Shown: positions 38,042 through 48,864, counted from the first letter of the stretch. The stretch is 52,458 nt of DNA from Candidatus Sigynarchaeum calidifontis (GCA_030587475.2 JAUQYZ020000122.1:1-52458), one strand, 5' to 3'. Notes: generated by a model not told the origin, from the letters alone. Numbers and translations are program-made.

Positions 38042-40066
38042 TCAAGTTGATGCCTGTTTATTCATTTCTGTCAAGGCATCGCCGGAAATCGCATCGGCTT
38101 CCATCCGCTTCACGAGCTGCTGGTTTATCATGACGTTCAGATCGTGCGTGAGCAAATAGATCTCGACGATCGTGCCCAGCAGCCACGATCCGATGATGAT
38201 GCAGACCATGCTTCCCACGATGACCTTGAACGACGTGAGAGTTCCACCTGTCACCCACTGTTCCCCTCCGCTCCACTGGTCGGCGGGTCGTAGCCAGTTG
38301 ATGTAACAGACCATGAACACGGCCACGATGATCGACACGACGATCGCGATGGACATGTACTTGCGCCTGGCCATGGCACTGAAAACCAGCGCCAATAACA
38401 TCCCCAAGGCACCGTACCCGGCGAAAAATGACAGCTGCTCGAGCCATTCATGGAAGCTGGTAAAATCAGCCGTGACGGCATTCGTCCCGTGGAAAAGCAC
38501 GTAGATGTTATACCCGTACGCCCCGATCGCCACGAACGCGAGGATCACGCCAGTCACGGCGCTCACCCACCGCTGCTTGGTCATCTTGTCGACCTTGCCG
38601 TCCCGGATGTCCGTGCTGCCGAAGAACTTCGATGGTGCCGAGATGCCCTCCTTTTTCATGTCCTCGTCGAGTATATAGCAGTACAAGAAAGTTACATACA
38701 CGATGTCGAGGTTCTTGCCCATGATCCATGCCGGCGCGCCGCTGAACACGCCGAAGATGGCCGCGAAGACGATCATGGCGGTCTTCGAGTCCATGCCGAA
38801 CCGGTCCATGAACCACAGGCCGACGATCGCGCCCGCGCCGGCGCACAACAATACAAAGATCACCTTCGTGAAGCCGAAAACCCCCCGGATCGACGTCTTT
38901 CGAATGAACACGTCGACCGCGTTCGCCCCGACGTACTCGACAGATTTCTTGATCGCGGAAGGGGCATTCCGGTTTTCGATGACGATCGAGGGGAGCGTGA
39001 AGAAATTGACGAGCAACCACAGCTTCTCGAGCATCTTGATCGCCCAGTCGGCCATTTTTTGGCTGATAGATTTCTTGTTGATGAGGCCGGGCATGAGCTT
39101 GCCCTTTAGCACGACTTTGATACCGATTTTCGACAACTTCTCAGTATCCTTGGATCGTTTTGCCATCTGCGTGAGGATCCACTTGATCGTGTAGATGATG
39201 GCCGAAAAAACGGCGTACGTGAAGATCGGCCTGAACCGGCGGTTCATGACGCGGAAGCCATCGAGGTGCCCTTCGGGGGCACCGCGGTAATACGCGTGCG
39301 CCATGTGCACGGTGGCCCCGTAGTAATAATTGTAGGAGATCGAGACGAGGAAGTAATAGAGCAGCGTCATGCCCACGACGAACCAGCTGCCCGACATGTC
39401 GGTCGATTGGATTTCCATTATGAATTTCTCAAAGTCGGCCGTTATTTCGATGAATTTATCAATATAAACTGCCCAAATGCCGGATGTTAATACAAGATAG
39501 ATGATACCAAAATACAAGCCGTTCCAGAAGATGCGCTTGTTTTTCATGAGCAAATCCGCGGTGAGGTTTATAAGGCGGCTTGCCACCTTCAATTTTTTCC
39601 AGAAAAAGGCCAGGACGGCGGGTGGGACGATAGCTCCTATCAGGAAGAGATATTCATAGCCCTGGAAATCCTTCGCGAGGTAAACGAGCAGGATGGAGAG
39701 CCCCGCGGTCAAGGCCGTGAGGAGCCAGATGAATAGCGCCCCGATGAGCTTAAGCAAGTTCAATGCCATCAATGAAGCGATGTAGCTCATGAATATGGCT
39801 AGAATAACAATGACAAGTACTTCTGTCTTGTGGCTCATCACGAGCTGGGTTATACCCTGAATAGGAACGGTTATCACGGGGATAACCCCCGCGACCTTGT
39901 GATACACACTCATCCCGCTAAGTGCCGTGTAATAAATAAAAACGCCGATGGCAACCACGAACAACAAGCCAGCCCCGTAGTAGAGCCGCCCGAGCTTGAG
40001 GTACTCCTTGTACTTGAACGTGCCGTTCTCGAAAACACCCTTGTATTCGTCTTTGACGTCACCCAT
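38042..40066 (-). CDS. Multi-pass membrane protein resembling the choline transporter-like (CTL/SLC44/Pns1) family, with extra C-terminal TM module
   Basis: KKLKVASRLI, GATVHMAHAYY, AIIYTIKWIL, LEKLWLLVNFFTLPSIVIE..APSAIKKS and DIVYVTFLYCYILD. Confidence 0.6.
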   Translation of the reverse strand: MGDVKDEYKGVFENGTFKYKEYLKLGRLYYGAGLLFVVAIGVFIYYTALSGMSVYHKVAGVIPVITVPIQGITQLVMSHKTEVLVIVILAIFMSYIASLMALNLLKLIGALFIWLLTALTAGLSILLVYLAKDFQGYEYLFLIGAIVPPAVLAFFWKKLKVASRLINLTADLLMKNKRIFWNGLYFGIIYLVLTSGIWAVYIDKFIEITADFEKFIMEIQSTDMSGSWFVVGMTLLYYFLVSISYNYYYGATVHMAHAYYRGAPEGHLDGFRVMNRRFRPIFTYAVFSAIIYTIKWILTQMAKRSKDTEKLSKIGIKVVLKGKLMPGLINKKSISQKMADWAIKMLEKLWLLVNFFTLPSIVIENRNAPSAIKKSVEYVGANAVDVFIRKTSIRGVFGFTKVIFVLLCAGAGAIVGLWFMDRFGMDSKTAMIVFAAIFGVFSGAPAWIMGKNLDIVYVTFLYCYILDEDMKKEGISAPSKFFGSTDIRDGKVDKMTKQRWVSAVTGVILAFVAIGAYGYNIYVLFHGTNAVTADFTSFHEWLEQLSFFAGYGALGMLLALVFSAMARRKYMSIAIVVSIIVAVFMVCYINWLRPADQWSGGEQWVTGGTLTSFKVIVGSMVCIIIGSWLLGTIVEIYLLTHDLNVMINQQLVKRMEADAISGDALTEMNKQAST

Positions 40067-40306
40067 GGATCGATCACCACGATTCGTGAATATAATAAAG
40101 CCTTGTTTTTCCCAAAGAAGCTATTCACCACGCGGCTTTAAACACGACGGCGGCCATTGCGCGTGCTTGCCCGTTGAAGACTGGTGACTTGTTAAAAGGC
40201 CTTCATTCATGCTCGAGCCTTATTTCTCCCGTGAAGAGCCAATGCATAAATAGCCCGTCATGGTTATTCCATCCACACTACCATCCCTTTTTTCACGTGA
40301 CGCAAA

Positions 40307-41005
40307 ATGGACGAAGAGACTTCCAGATCAATGCAATTGGCTATGCTCGCGACCGCGGCATCGTTTGTTGTGTCGCTGGTCGCATATGCAATGATGACCA
40401 TATTTTCGCCGATTTCTTCATATATTGGGTATGCCAATTTCATCCAGGTTCTCATCGTGGCGATGATCATACAATTCATCGTCATGCCAGTGCTGCTCAC
40501 CTTTTTCGTGAACGATGCGGGCGAGCTGGAGAATTTCACCAAGGAAGGGCCGATGGAGAAGGCCTGGCTGGTCAATGCCATCGGCCTCTTGATCATGATC
40601 GCCGGTGGCGTTTTTCTCGGCATCGGGCTCGCGGAGCTCTTCACGGGATGGACGATCCCCTCGGGAACCGCGTTTGGAATCGCCTTGACGACGATGACGT
40701 GGGGCATGCTCTTGCAAGCAGCAGGCTTCGGCTTCCCGGTGTTCTTTTTCTTGTACGCCAAGAGCCTTGCCAAGTCGATCATTCCATTCAAGAATGACGA
40801 GCTCGCCAGCGACAAGATCGGCATCGTCTTCTCGATCGCCATTCTTGGCCCGCCCGTCGTACTCGTTGCCTCCCCCGTCTTCGGCACGCTCGTCGCGGGC
40901 CTGATCGGGATCGCAGCGAACGGCATTGGCGTGGTATGGATGCTCGTTTACTTCATGGCAATCAAGAGACGTGAACTTCCGGATATTCCCGAGGATAACG
41001 ATTAG
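40307..41005 (+). CDS. 6-TM membrane protein of unknown function
   Basis: 232-aa hydrophobic ORF ending 13 nt before the M6 protease. Confidence 0.75.
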   Translation: MDEETSRSMQLAMLATAASFVVSLVAYAMMTIFSPISSYIGYANFIQVLIVAMIIQFIVMPVLLTFFVNDAGELENFTKEGPMEKAWLVNAIGLLIMIAGGVFLGIGLAELFTGWTIPSGTAFGIALTTMTWGMLLQAAGFGFPVFFFLYAKSLAKSIIPFKNDELASDKIGIVFSIAILGPPVVLVASPVFGTLVAGLIGIAANGIGVVWMLVYFMAIKRRELPDIPEDND

Positions 41006-41018
41006 GAAGGGAGGCACC

Positions 41019-43415
41019 ATGTATCGCACGAAAAGAACACGTCTCCTGGCGCTCGCGACGTGCGCCTTCGTGGCCGGCATTCTCGCCTTGCCGTGCGTGC
41101 TCCCGGACTCGTCGGTCTACATCATTGAACCCGTGATCAGGCGCGATGCCGATGCCAGCCGACCGATCAGGCCGTCTGCCGCGACGGGAAACAAGAAAGT
41201 CGTCGTCATCCTGATCAAGTTCACGGACAAGAGCTACAGCGCGGGCCATACACCATCGTATTACAACGACCTCTTGTTCAACTTCGGGAACCCGCTGAGC
41301 ATGGCGAGCTATTACCGCGAGGCATCTTATGGACGTCTCAACTTGACGGGAACCGTCACGTCCTGGGTTACCTCGAGCCGAACGATGAGTTACTACGGGG
41401 CGGATTCGGGGCCCTTCCCGAACATCGACGACGAAAACGGGAACATCTTCGAGCTAGCCCGGGAGGCAGTCCAGCTGGCAGACCCTTCCGTTAACTTCGC
41501 GCCGTACGATCAAGATGGCGACGGTTACATCGACAACTTGATCGTGATCCACGCGGGGAATGGCCAAGAATCGAGCGGCGTCGCCAACGATATCTGGTCG
41601 CACCAGTGGGACATCACGCCCGCGTACACGACGAGCGACTCGGGCAAGAAGGCGAAGCACTATGCGCTGTTCGCGGAGAACAGCCCGGTCGGGGTGATCG
41701 CCCACGAATTCGGCCACGTCCTCGGGCTCCCGGACATGTACGACTACACGTACAGCGGCAAGGTGTTCGTCGGGAAATGGGCGCTCATGGACGCGGGTTC
41801 CTGGAACGGCGACCCGGCGGGAACGAGGCCGAGCCATCCCATGAGCTGGTCGAAGATGAAGCTCGGTTTCATCACCTCGGTCGACGAGAAAGAGTACATC
41901 GGCGTTAATGAAATCAAGAACGTGACCATCATCCCCACGCACGTGCAAGTATTGCCTTCCGGATCCAAGCGCGTCGCGGTCATCAACATTTCCGCGGGTA
42001 TTTATTATACGGTCGAAGTTCGGAACAACACGGCTTCTGCCAGCAACCCGTTCGATCAAGCCTTGCCGGATAGCGGCGTGCTTATCACGTTCTGCAACGA
42101 TTCCGCCACGGACGAGGTCTTCGAGGGCAGGCCCGGCGTTTGCGTCGTGCAAAACGCGAAGCCATCCGATCCCAGCAAAGACCACGCGCCCTACGATCTC
42201 GGGCCGGGGGAGGTCTCGCAGTTCAGCGACCCGCAACGCAACATCAAGGTGCGCATTCTCTCCAAGAACGCGACGAACGGGGCCTATACGGTGGAGATCA
42301 GCCACATCCAGCTGGAATTCGGGTGGATGTACATCGACGGGTCGCCATTATGGCAGACGCATGAGAGTTCCACGTTCCAATTGCTCGTGACGCTGAAGAA
42401 CACGGGCAGCACGGGATTGAGCACCGTCAGTGGCACACTGAGCTCCACGACTACCGGCGTCACTGTGAACACGCCATCACGATCCTGGGGAACGATATCA
42501 GCAGGAACCAGCAAGAACAACACGTCCCCGTTCAGCGTGACCCTCGGCACGGTTAACGGCACGCCAATGAACTTCTCCTTGACGGTCACCGCGGCCGGCA
42601 TGTCAGCATACACCTTCGCGCTGCGAATCCCCGTGCAAAAAGAAAGCATGAAACCATCCGTCTCGATCCAGGCGCCGGCAACCAACGGGACGATATATCA
42701 GTCATCCGAACCTATTTCGATGTCTGCTCCCGCGAACGACACGGGGAGCACGAATCCTGGCATCTTCAAGGTCTGGTACTGGTACAAGAACGCGATCGGT
42801 TCGGTCGATTCGTGGTGGATCGAGATGAGTTACGACGGGAGCATCGCTACCGCGATAGTTAATATCCGGCCAATCGGGGTTTTCTCCATCGTCGTCCGCG
42901 CCATGGACAACAGCGGGAACATCGCGGAGGACACGGTCACGGTCGAGATCATCGACACGACGCCGCCGATCGTGCTGCTGAGCGTGAACCTTCGCGATAC
43001 GGGCGATCCATCCCACTTCACCATCCTTGGCACCGAGTTTGACATCGTCGCGGTAGCCCTCGACAATAACGAGATCGCCGAGGTCGAGCTTTCAATTAAT
43101 GGTGGTAGATTCTTCAGCATCCTCGCATACCCTGCAATCGTGAACATGGGCGTGAATGGCACGATTAACGGCTATGCATACCCGTGGACGCCGAGCATCG
43201 AAGGGAGTCAACTCATTCGATTACGAGCCAGGGACGCCTCCGGAAACGAGGCGAGTACCGAGTGGCAGATCACGACGATCTCGATGCAGACGATCACGAC
43301 AATCCTCATCATCGTCGTCGTTATCGTCATGGTATTCTCGTGCATTGCCAACATGACCAGAAGACGCTATCGCTATTACCGGACGCAATATTACTACCGC
43401 CGGTATCGATATTGA
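41019..43415 (+). CDS. Membrane-anchored M6 (immune inhibitor A-like) metalloprotease with Ig-like domains and Arg/Tyr-rich tail
   Basis: Signal peptide, VIHAGNGQE, IWSHQW, HEFGHVLGLPDMY, WALMDAGSWNG and a C-terminal TM. GGAGG precedes ATG 41019. Confidence 0.92.
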   Translation: MYRTKRTRLLALATCAFVAGILALPCVLPDSSVYIIEPVIRRDADASRPIRPSAATGNKKVVVILIKFTDKSYSAGHTPSYYNDLLFNFGNPLSMASYYREASYGRLNLTGTVTSWVTSSRTMSYYGADSGPFPNIDDENGNIFELAREAVQLADPSVNFAPYDQDGDGYIDNLIVIHAGNGQESSGVANDIWSHQWDITPAYTTSDSGKKAKHYALFAENSPVGVIAHEFGHVLGLPDMYDYTYSGKVFVGKWALMDAGSWNGDPAGTRPSHPMSWSKMKLGFITSVDEKEYIGVNEIKNVTIIPTHVQVLPSGSKRVAVINISAGIYYTVEVRNNTASASNPFDQALPDSGVLITFCNDSATDEVFEGRPGVCVVQNAKPSDPSKDHAPYDLGPGEVSQFSDPQRNIKVRILSKNATNGAYTVEISHIQLEFGWMYIDGSPLWQTHESSTFQLLVTLKNTGSTGLSTVSGTLSSTTTGVTVNTPSRSWGTISAGTSKNNTSPFSVTLGTVNGTPMNFSLTVTAAGMSAYTFALRIPVQKESMKPSVSIQAPATNGTIYQSSEPISMSAPANDTGSTNPGIFKVWYWYKNAIGSVDSWWIEMSYDGSIATAIVNIRPIGVFSIVVRAMDNSGNIAEDTVTVEIIDTTPPIVLLSVNLRDTGDPSHFTILGTEFDIVAVALDNNEIAEVELSINGGRFFSILAYPAIVNMGVNGTINGYAYPWTPSIEGSQLIRLRARDASGNEASTEWQITTISMQTITTILIIVVVIVMVFSCIANMTRRRYRYYRTQYYYRRYRY

Positions 43416-43445
43416 GAAGGAATGGTGAAGGTGCCTTTTTTCCAT

Positions 43446-44774
43446 TCATTTTTTTTCTGATCCTTCTGGATGTGATATCTTCTTTTTCACGTAGAAATCT
43501 TTCAAGTCGCGCCACTTGATGTAGACCATCGTGTCTGGCTCGATGTCCTCGGAGACCGTGACGTTCGGGCCGATGATGCAATTGGCACCTATGCGAACGC
43601 CAGGTTCGAGGTTTGCATTCGAACCGACGCTAACGTTATCCCCGCACAAGACACCGAGCTTGCGGAGACCCGTCGGGATCAACTGCCCGTTTTCCCCTCT
43701 TAACGAGATTTCCTTGTGATCCAGACGCAAGTTTGCCGCGATGGTGGCCGCGCCGAAATTCACGTTCTCGCCGATCACGGAATCGCCGACATAACTCAAG
43801 TGCGAGATCTTCGTCCCTGACATGATGATGCTCCCTTTGACCTCGCACGCGTTCCCGATGCGGCACTTGTCACCGATGTACGTGTTCGGACGGATGTACG
43901 CGTTCGGCCCGATCTCGCAGTCCTCGCCAATGTAGACAGGCCCCTCGATATATGTCCCGCTGCGAACGATCGTGCGGGCACCGATGTAGACCTCTCCCTT
44001 GATCTTCACGTTGCTCTCTATCTTGCCGCGCAGCAATTTGCGCATCTTCGCGAAGTAATGCTGGTTCGCGTCGAGCAAATCGTGCGCCCGGCCGATGTCG
44101 CACCACCATGCCGAGCCCATGTCGAAGCCCTTGACCTTCCGCTTCTCGTCGATGAGGTTCTGGATCGAGTCCGTGATGTCTATCCCGCCCCGGGCGTTGG
44201 GTTTCGTGCGAGCGATGGCATCGAAGATGAGAGGCTTGCAGATGTAAATGCCCGCGTTCGTGAGCTTTGATGAAGAAACCCCGGGCTTTGGTTTCTCGAT
44301 GATTCGAGACACGAATCCTTGCCCGTCGAGCTCCACGACGCCGTATTCGGTCGGGTTATCGACATGAGATATAGCGAGGAGGATGTCTGCGTCGCAGTTC
44401 TGCCATTCCTTCACCATGTCCTTGATCGTGCTCGCCTCGTACTGCAAATCGCCGTTAACGAGCAAGAAAGGCTCTTTTCCCACGAAATCCTTGGCCAGCG
44501 ATGCAGCGTAGCCGGTTCCTTTTCCTTTTGAAAAGTCCTGGTCGATATACTTGATGTTCAGGCTGTGGATCGATCCGTCCTTGAAGTATGCCTTCAATAC
44601 CTCGGCCTTGTACCCGACAACGAGGAGGATATCCTTTATCCCGGCGTCCTTGAGTGCGATGATCGATTGCTCCAGCAGTGGCCTGCCGGCTACTGGAATC
44701 ATGTGTTTGGAACGGCCGTGGTCGAAGGGAAACAAGCGCGAGCCGCGCCCGGCGACGAGGAGGACGGTTTTCAT
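43446..44774 (-). CDS. glmU: Archaeal bifunctional sugar-1-phosphate nucleotidylyltransferase/acetyltransferase
   Basis: LVAGRGSRL, GTGYA, VNGD, YGVV, IEKP, hexapeptide repeats and HLSYVGDSVIG...ANLR. Confidence 0.88.
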   Translation of the reverse strand: MKTVLLVAGRGSRLFPFDHGRSKHMIPVAGRPLLEQSIIALKDAGIKDILLVVGYKAEVLKAYFKDGSIHSLNIKYIDQDFSKGKGTGYAASLAKDFVGKEPFLLVNGDLQYEASTIKDMVKEWQNCDADILLAISHVDNPTEYGVVELDGQGFVSRIIEKPKPGVSSSKLTNAGIYICKPLIFDAIARTKPNARGGIDITDSIQNLIDEKRKVKGFDMGSAWWCDIGRAHDLLDANQHYFAKMRKLLRGKIESNVKIKGEVYIGARTIVRSGTYIEGPVYIGEDCEIGPNAYIRPNTYIGDKCRIGNACEVKGSIIMSGTKISHLSYVGDSVIGENVNFGAATIAANLRLDHKEISLRGENGQLIPTGLRKLGVLCGDNVSVGSNANLEPGVRIGANCIIGPNVTVSEDIEPDTMVYIKWRDLKDFYVKKKISHPEGSEKK

Positions 44775-44875
44775 CTGGAGGCCTCGATAAAGTGCATCCT
44801 TGCGCGACCTCAACAAACCTTGCCTATAAAATGTTGTTGCAAGAAAGTTGGGAAAAATACGGTTTTTTGTTAGGT

Positions 44876-45853
44876 TCAAGCCTTCCCTTCGGATCCAAGA
44901 ACCGTCTTGTTCTTTTCCATGATCATCTTGATGAGCTCGTCGCGAGCAGGACCGAGATATTTCCGCGGGTCGAACTCGGCTGGCTTTTCTGCGAAGATCT
45001 TCCGGATGATGGCCGTGACGACGAGGCGGCCATCGGAATCGATGTTGATCTTGCAGACACCCATGGATGCGGCCTTGCGCAGCTGGTCTTCGGGAACGCC
45101 GATGGCATTCTCCATCTTGCCACCATACTTGTTAATCATGTCTACATATGCCGTGAGCACGGACGACGCGCCGTGCAAGACGATGGGCAGGTCCGGGAGG
45201 CGCCGGCGAACCTCTTGAAGTATATCAAAACGAAGTTCGGGCTTTTGACCAGGCTTGAACTTGTACGCGCCGTGGCTCGTGCCGATAGCGATGGCGAGCG
45301 AATCGACACCCGTGCCCTTCGCAAATTTCTCGACATCCTCGGGCCTCGTGTAGGTCGTCTTGTCGGCGGAGACGTTGTCCTCTTTGCCGGCAAGGATGCC
45401 CAGCTCGCCTTCCACTTGCACGCCGAATTTATGCGCGTAATCGACGACTTTCTTGGTTTCCTCGATGTTCTTCTCGATCGGGTCGTGGGACCGGTCTATC
45501 ATGACAGAGCTGAAGCCGTTGTCGATGCATGCCTTACAGATCTCGAAATCCTCGCCGTGATCGAGATGGAGCGAGATCGGGATGTGCTTGAGCTTGAGCG
45601 AGTCCGCGAGCTCGTTCGCCATCTTGACCCCACCTTCAGCCATGTAACGCAGCATCGTTCCGTTCGCGTATTCCCTCGCACCTTTCGACACCTGGAGGAT
45701 GACAGGCGATTGACTGCGGACGCAACCCGTCAGTATTGCTTGCAATTGCTCCATGTTGTTAAAATTGTATCCAGGGACCGCGTAACCACCTTTTAATGCG
45801 TTCTGCAGCATTTGCTTGTGATCCGCGAGTCCGAGTTCTTTCCACGTGACCAT
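44876..45853 (-). CDS. fba: Class II fructose-1,6-bisphosphate aldolase
   Basis: GYNFNNMEQ, LHLDHG, SSVMID, VEGELG, IGTSHGAYKF, VLHGASS, KINIDSD and FDPRKYL. Confidence 0.95.
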   Translation of the reverse strand: MVTWKELGLADHKQMLQNALKGGYAVPGYNFNNMEQLQAILTGCVRSQSPVILQVSKGAREYANGTMLRYMAEGGVKMANELADSLKLKHIPISLHLDHGEDFEICKACIDNGFSSVMIDRSHDPIEKNIEETKKVVDYAHKFGVQVEGELGILAGKEDNVSADKTTYTRPEDVEKFAKGTGVDSLAIAIGTSHGAYKFKPGQKPELRFDILQEVRRRLPDLPIVLHGASSVLTAYVDMINKYGGKMENAIGVPEDQLRKAASMGVCKINIDSDGRLVVTAIIRKIFAEKPAEFDPRKYLGPARDELIKMIMEKNKTVLGSEGKA

Positions 45854-45970
45854 GTGCTCCAACCTTGTGATCCTTGTATGTTTCCTTGGATAATGCGGCA
45901 TTCGATGCTTTATCTTTTTTCGCAAGTCTATCAGCTTTGTTTTTGAGGCCAGACCGCGGACATCCCGATC

Positions 45971-47302
45971 ATGAATCGATCGAGCATTCCTCAAAGTCAT
46001 GCACGACACCTTGCGTCCGCGCAACTCGCCGCTGCCATCGGGATCCTCGTTCCCCAAGCGCTCACGATGCAGCGTTCCTTGAAGAGCCCGGGCATCTTCG
46101 ATTACATCGGTATCGGAGTCTGCTGGGTTTTACTGCCGATCCTCGTTACCCTTATCTGGTTCAAGTGGCGGGACTCGAAGTTCACCACGTATGGTGATGC
46201 GTGGTGCCTTTCCATCGGAGCGCTCGTGCAGTCGGTCATGCTCGTCGCCTGGCCAGCCACGACCATGCCGAGTACCTTGTTTTTCGTGGTAAACGGCACC
46301 CTCGTCACCCTCACGGGCGGGTGGATCCAGTCGGCGATCATCGGCATCGCGCTGTGTCTCGGCGTGCACGCTGTCGTGTTCTCTGGCACGAGGAAAGAAA
46401 ACAGCACCGCGAATTCCCCCGCGTGCTTCGCGCTCGCGATCGGGACTGGAACTGCGCTCGGCGGTTTCGGTCTGCTGCTCGCCACCTATTTTGGCTGGAC
46501 AATGTATCTTTTCCCATCGATTCTGGCCTGGCTCGCGGCGGGCACGCTCCGGTTTTACCAGATATTAAAGGTACAAAAAGGATCGCAGGGCACCGACGTG
46601 GTTTACCAAGCCGGGAGGGAAGATAAAGTTCCAAAACCCAAAGATATTCCAGCACGCTTGTCCGGCTGGGCCGGAGCCATCCTGGCGGCCATTCCAGTGC
46701 TACTCTTGTCGATGAATTTCCAGCGCCATCGCTATGCCGCGGGGTACTGGTTCCCGCTGGTTCTCGTGGGTATAGCATCGGCAGGATGCGTGGTCGCCAG
46801 CAGCGGGATATCCATTGCTTTCAAGAAAAAAGGCATAATCAGCGGGAATGTTGGCACGGTTTTCCTAGTACTGATTTATAGCGGGTTGATCACGGCGCTG
46901 TGCATCGATGCTTCGTTGTTGATCCCGCTCCTGCTCTTCACGCAGGTTGAAGCTGCTGCCTTTTTCAAGTCATGGCTTTATCTGTTTTTAACGTGCGTTT
47001 CGGTCGTGTCGTGCTTGCCGGCTATCGGGAAATCACTGTTCGTTTTATCGGTACATGAAACGTATCAGGAATCGCCAGGACGGGCACTCGGCCGGATTTT
47101 TTTCTCCGGAACATTGCTCGCTGTCATCATGGTCGTGTTCTTGCTTGAAGGTACATCCATGATCTACAGCTGGAACTTCGGGGATGAGGAGGCATGGATC
47201 GTGGTAGCGATCGCTGTTGGCCTAGGGGGAGCAATCCTCGCTCCAGCAATTACCTTGGATATCTTTGGTGCTGTGAGACAGGCAAAGGAGAAGCATCGAT
47301 GA
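45971..47302 (+). CDS. About 12-TM membrane protein of unknown function
   Basis: 443-aa hydrophobic ORF. Its stop overlaps the next start (ATGA). Confidence 0.72.
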   Translation: MNRSSIPQSHARHLASAQLAAAIGILVPQALTMQRSLKSPGIFDYIGIGVCWVLLPILVTLIWFKWRDSKFTTYGDAWCLSIGALVQSVMLVAWPATTMPSTLFFVVNGTLVTLTGGWIQSAIIGIALCLGVHAVVFSGTRKENSTANSPACFALAIGTGTALGGFGLLLATYFGWTMYLFPSILAWLAAGTLRFYQILKVQKGSQGTDVVYQAGREDKVPKPKDIPARLSGWAGAILAAIPVLLLSMNFQRHRYAAGYWFPLVLVGIASAGCVVASSGISIAFKKKGIISGNVGTVFLVLIYSGLITALCIDASLLIPLLLFTQVEAAAFFKSWLYLFLTCVSVVSCLPAIGKSLFVLSVHETYQESPGRALGRIFFSGTLLAVIMVVFLLEGTSMIYSWNFGDEEAWIVVAIAVGLGGAILAPAITLDIFGAVRQAKEKHR

Positions 47303-48834
47303 TGGTCGATTCACAAAGGAAAACGACGTTTGCATATGTCCTGTTTGCGATGGCATTCGTCATGGTCTTGCTTCCAAGTGTTCTAGCCGCCACGACGGCG
47401 AGCACGGGTAGAAATGGCAGGCCTGCCTATCCGGTTGACCAGCAAATCCCGATCGGGTCGCCGTTCGGCGTGTGCCACGGCGAGCTGGAGAACAACACGA
47501 TCATCGCGCAATCCGCCATCGCCCAGACCGGTATGGCGTGGAACCGAAAGGATTTCCCGTGGAGTTATTTCCAGCCAGTCCCGACCGACAATTTCACGCG
47601 CATAACCGACCCGAACGATTACTACCAGAAGTTCATCGCCAACATGACCACGCTCGGCATCAAGATGCTTCCCATCCTCGATTACGGGGTGTGGTGGCTC
47701 GATCCCAACGGCTGGTACATTCCCCCGGCGAACATCTCGCGCTGGCAGCAATTCGTGCATGCAGCCGTGACCGAGTATCAAGACCGCATGCAGCTCTGGG
47801 AGGTTTGGAACGAGCCAAACAATCAATATGGCAACGATAAAGGCACGTGGGAGGATTTCTTTCTCGTGCTTATCACCGCCGCGCGCACGATCAAGCTCGT
47901 GAACGATTCGCTCGACGTGCTCGTGGGCGGGCTCGGCGGCACCCGGGAATTCGAGTTCCTGGAAGCACTGATGAAAAACCTCACGGGCACCCCGGCGAAC
48001 GTGCCGGGTTATGCTACCGCAAAAGAGCTCTTCGTCGGTATCGCATTCCACCCATACAACGGCGTTCCCGAGGACCTCGCATACAGCTTGTCACGGTACG
48101 ACGAGATCCTTTCGCGGTACAACTGGACAACCCGGCACGGCGCCCGCCATTGGATCACGGAGATCGGGGGCGAAACGGATGACCCGGAAGATGGCACGGG
48201 CGGATTCCTCGTCGATCCCCAGCGCGAGCTCGCGACGATGGTCATCAAGCAAGCCACGATCGCGACGACGTGGCGTGTCGACGGGCTGATCTGGTACGAG
48301 TACCGGGACGATAACCCGCCAGGCGTGTTCACGTCGGATTTCGGACACATGGGCATCATTTTCAACGATGGCACGTGGAAACCGGCTGCTCATGCATGGA
48401 ACTGGACGAATAAATTCCTCGGAAATGGCCACGTGGACATGATGCCCGTGCCGCTCCCCGACAGCATCACGGGGCTCGTGGCGAAAGATCAGCAGCTATA
48501 CGACGGGCTGGAGCGCTGGATCGTCGTGGCGTGGAATCCCCGCCATCACGGGGCGGTCCAGACCAGCATCCAGTTCACCACGAGCATCGTGAAAGCCATG
48601 TTGTACGATCACGCATCGACACACTCCGTCCAGGTGACGCCGGCGGGCAACACGATGATCATCGACGTCGGGCACGAGCCGGTACTGCTCGTGGTCGATT
48701 GCGCGCCCGGATCGAGTTGCACCTTCGTGGCGTGTTTAGACTTGCTGGGCGGCCTCTTTTGGATGCTACTTGGCGGTTCAGCTATGCTCGTGGGGCTAGT
48801 CGTGGTCGTCTCGACACTGCGCCGAAATGCTTAA
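47299..48834 (+). CDS. Membrane-anchored clan GH-A glycoside hydrolase (GH39/GH5-like)
   Basis: Signal peptide, RKDFPWSYFQP, WEVWNEPN (acid/base), IAFHPY, WITEIG (nucleophile) and a C-terminal TM. Confidence 0.85.
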   Translation: MMVDSQRKTTFAYVLFAMAFVMVLLPSVLAATTASTGRNGRPAYPVDQQIPIGSPFGVCHGELENNTIIAQSAIAQTGMAWNRKDFPWSYFQPVPTDNFTRITDPNDYYQKFIANMTTLGIKMLPILDYGVWWLDPNGWYIPPANISRWQQFVHAAVTEYQDRMQLWEVWNEPNNQYGNDKGTWEDFFLVLITAARTIKLVNDSLDVLVGGLGGTREFEFLEALMKNLTGTPANVPGYATAKELFVGIAFHPYNGVPEDLAYSLSRYDEILSRYNWTTRHGARHWITEIGGETDDPEDGTGGFLVDPQRELATMVIKQATIATTWRVDGLIWYEYRDDNPPGVFTSDFGHMGIIFNDGTWKPAAHAWNWTNKFLGNGHVDMMPVPLPDSITGLVAKDQQLYDGLERWIVVAWNPRHHGAVQTSIQFTTSIVKAMLYDHASTHSVQVTPAGNTMIIDVGHEPVLLVVDCAPGSSCTFVACLDLLGGLFWMLLGGSAMLVGLVVVVSTLRRNA

Positions 48835-48864
48835 TTCCTTTTTCGCGCCATCATCAAACGATTC

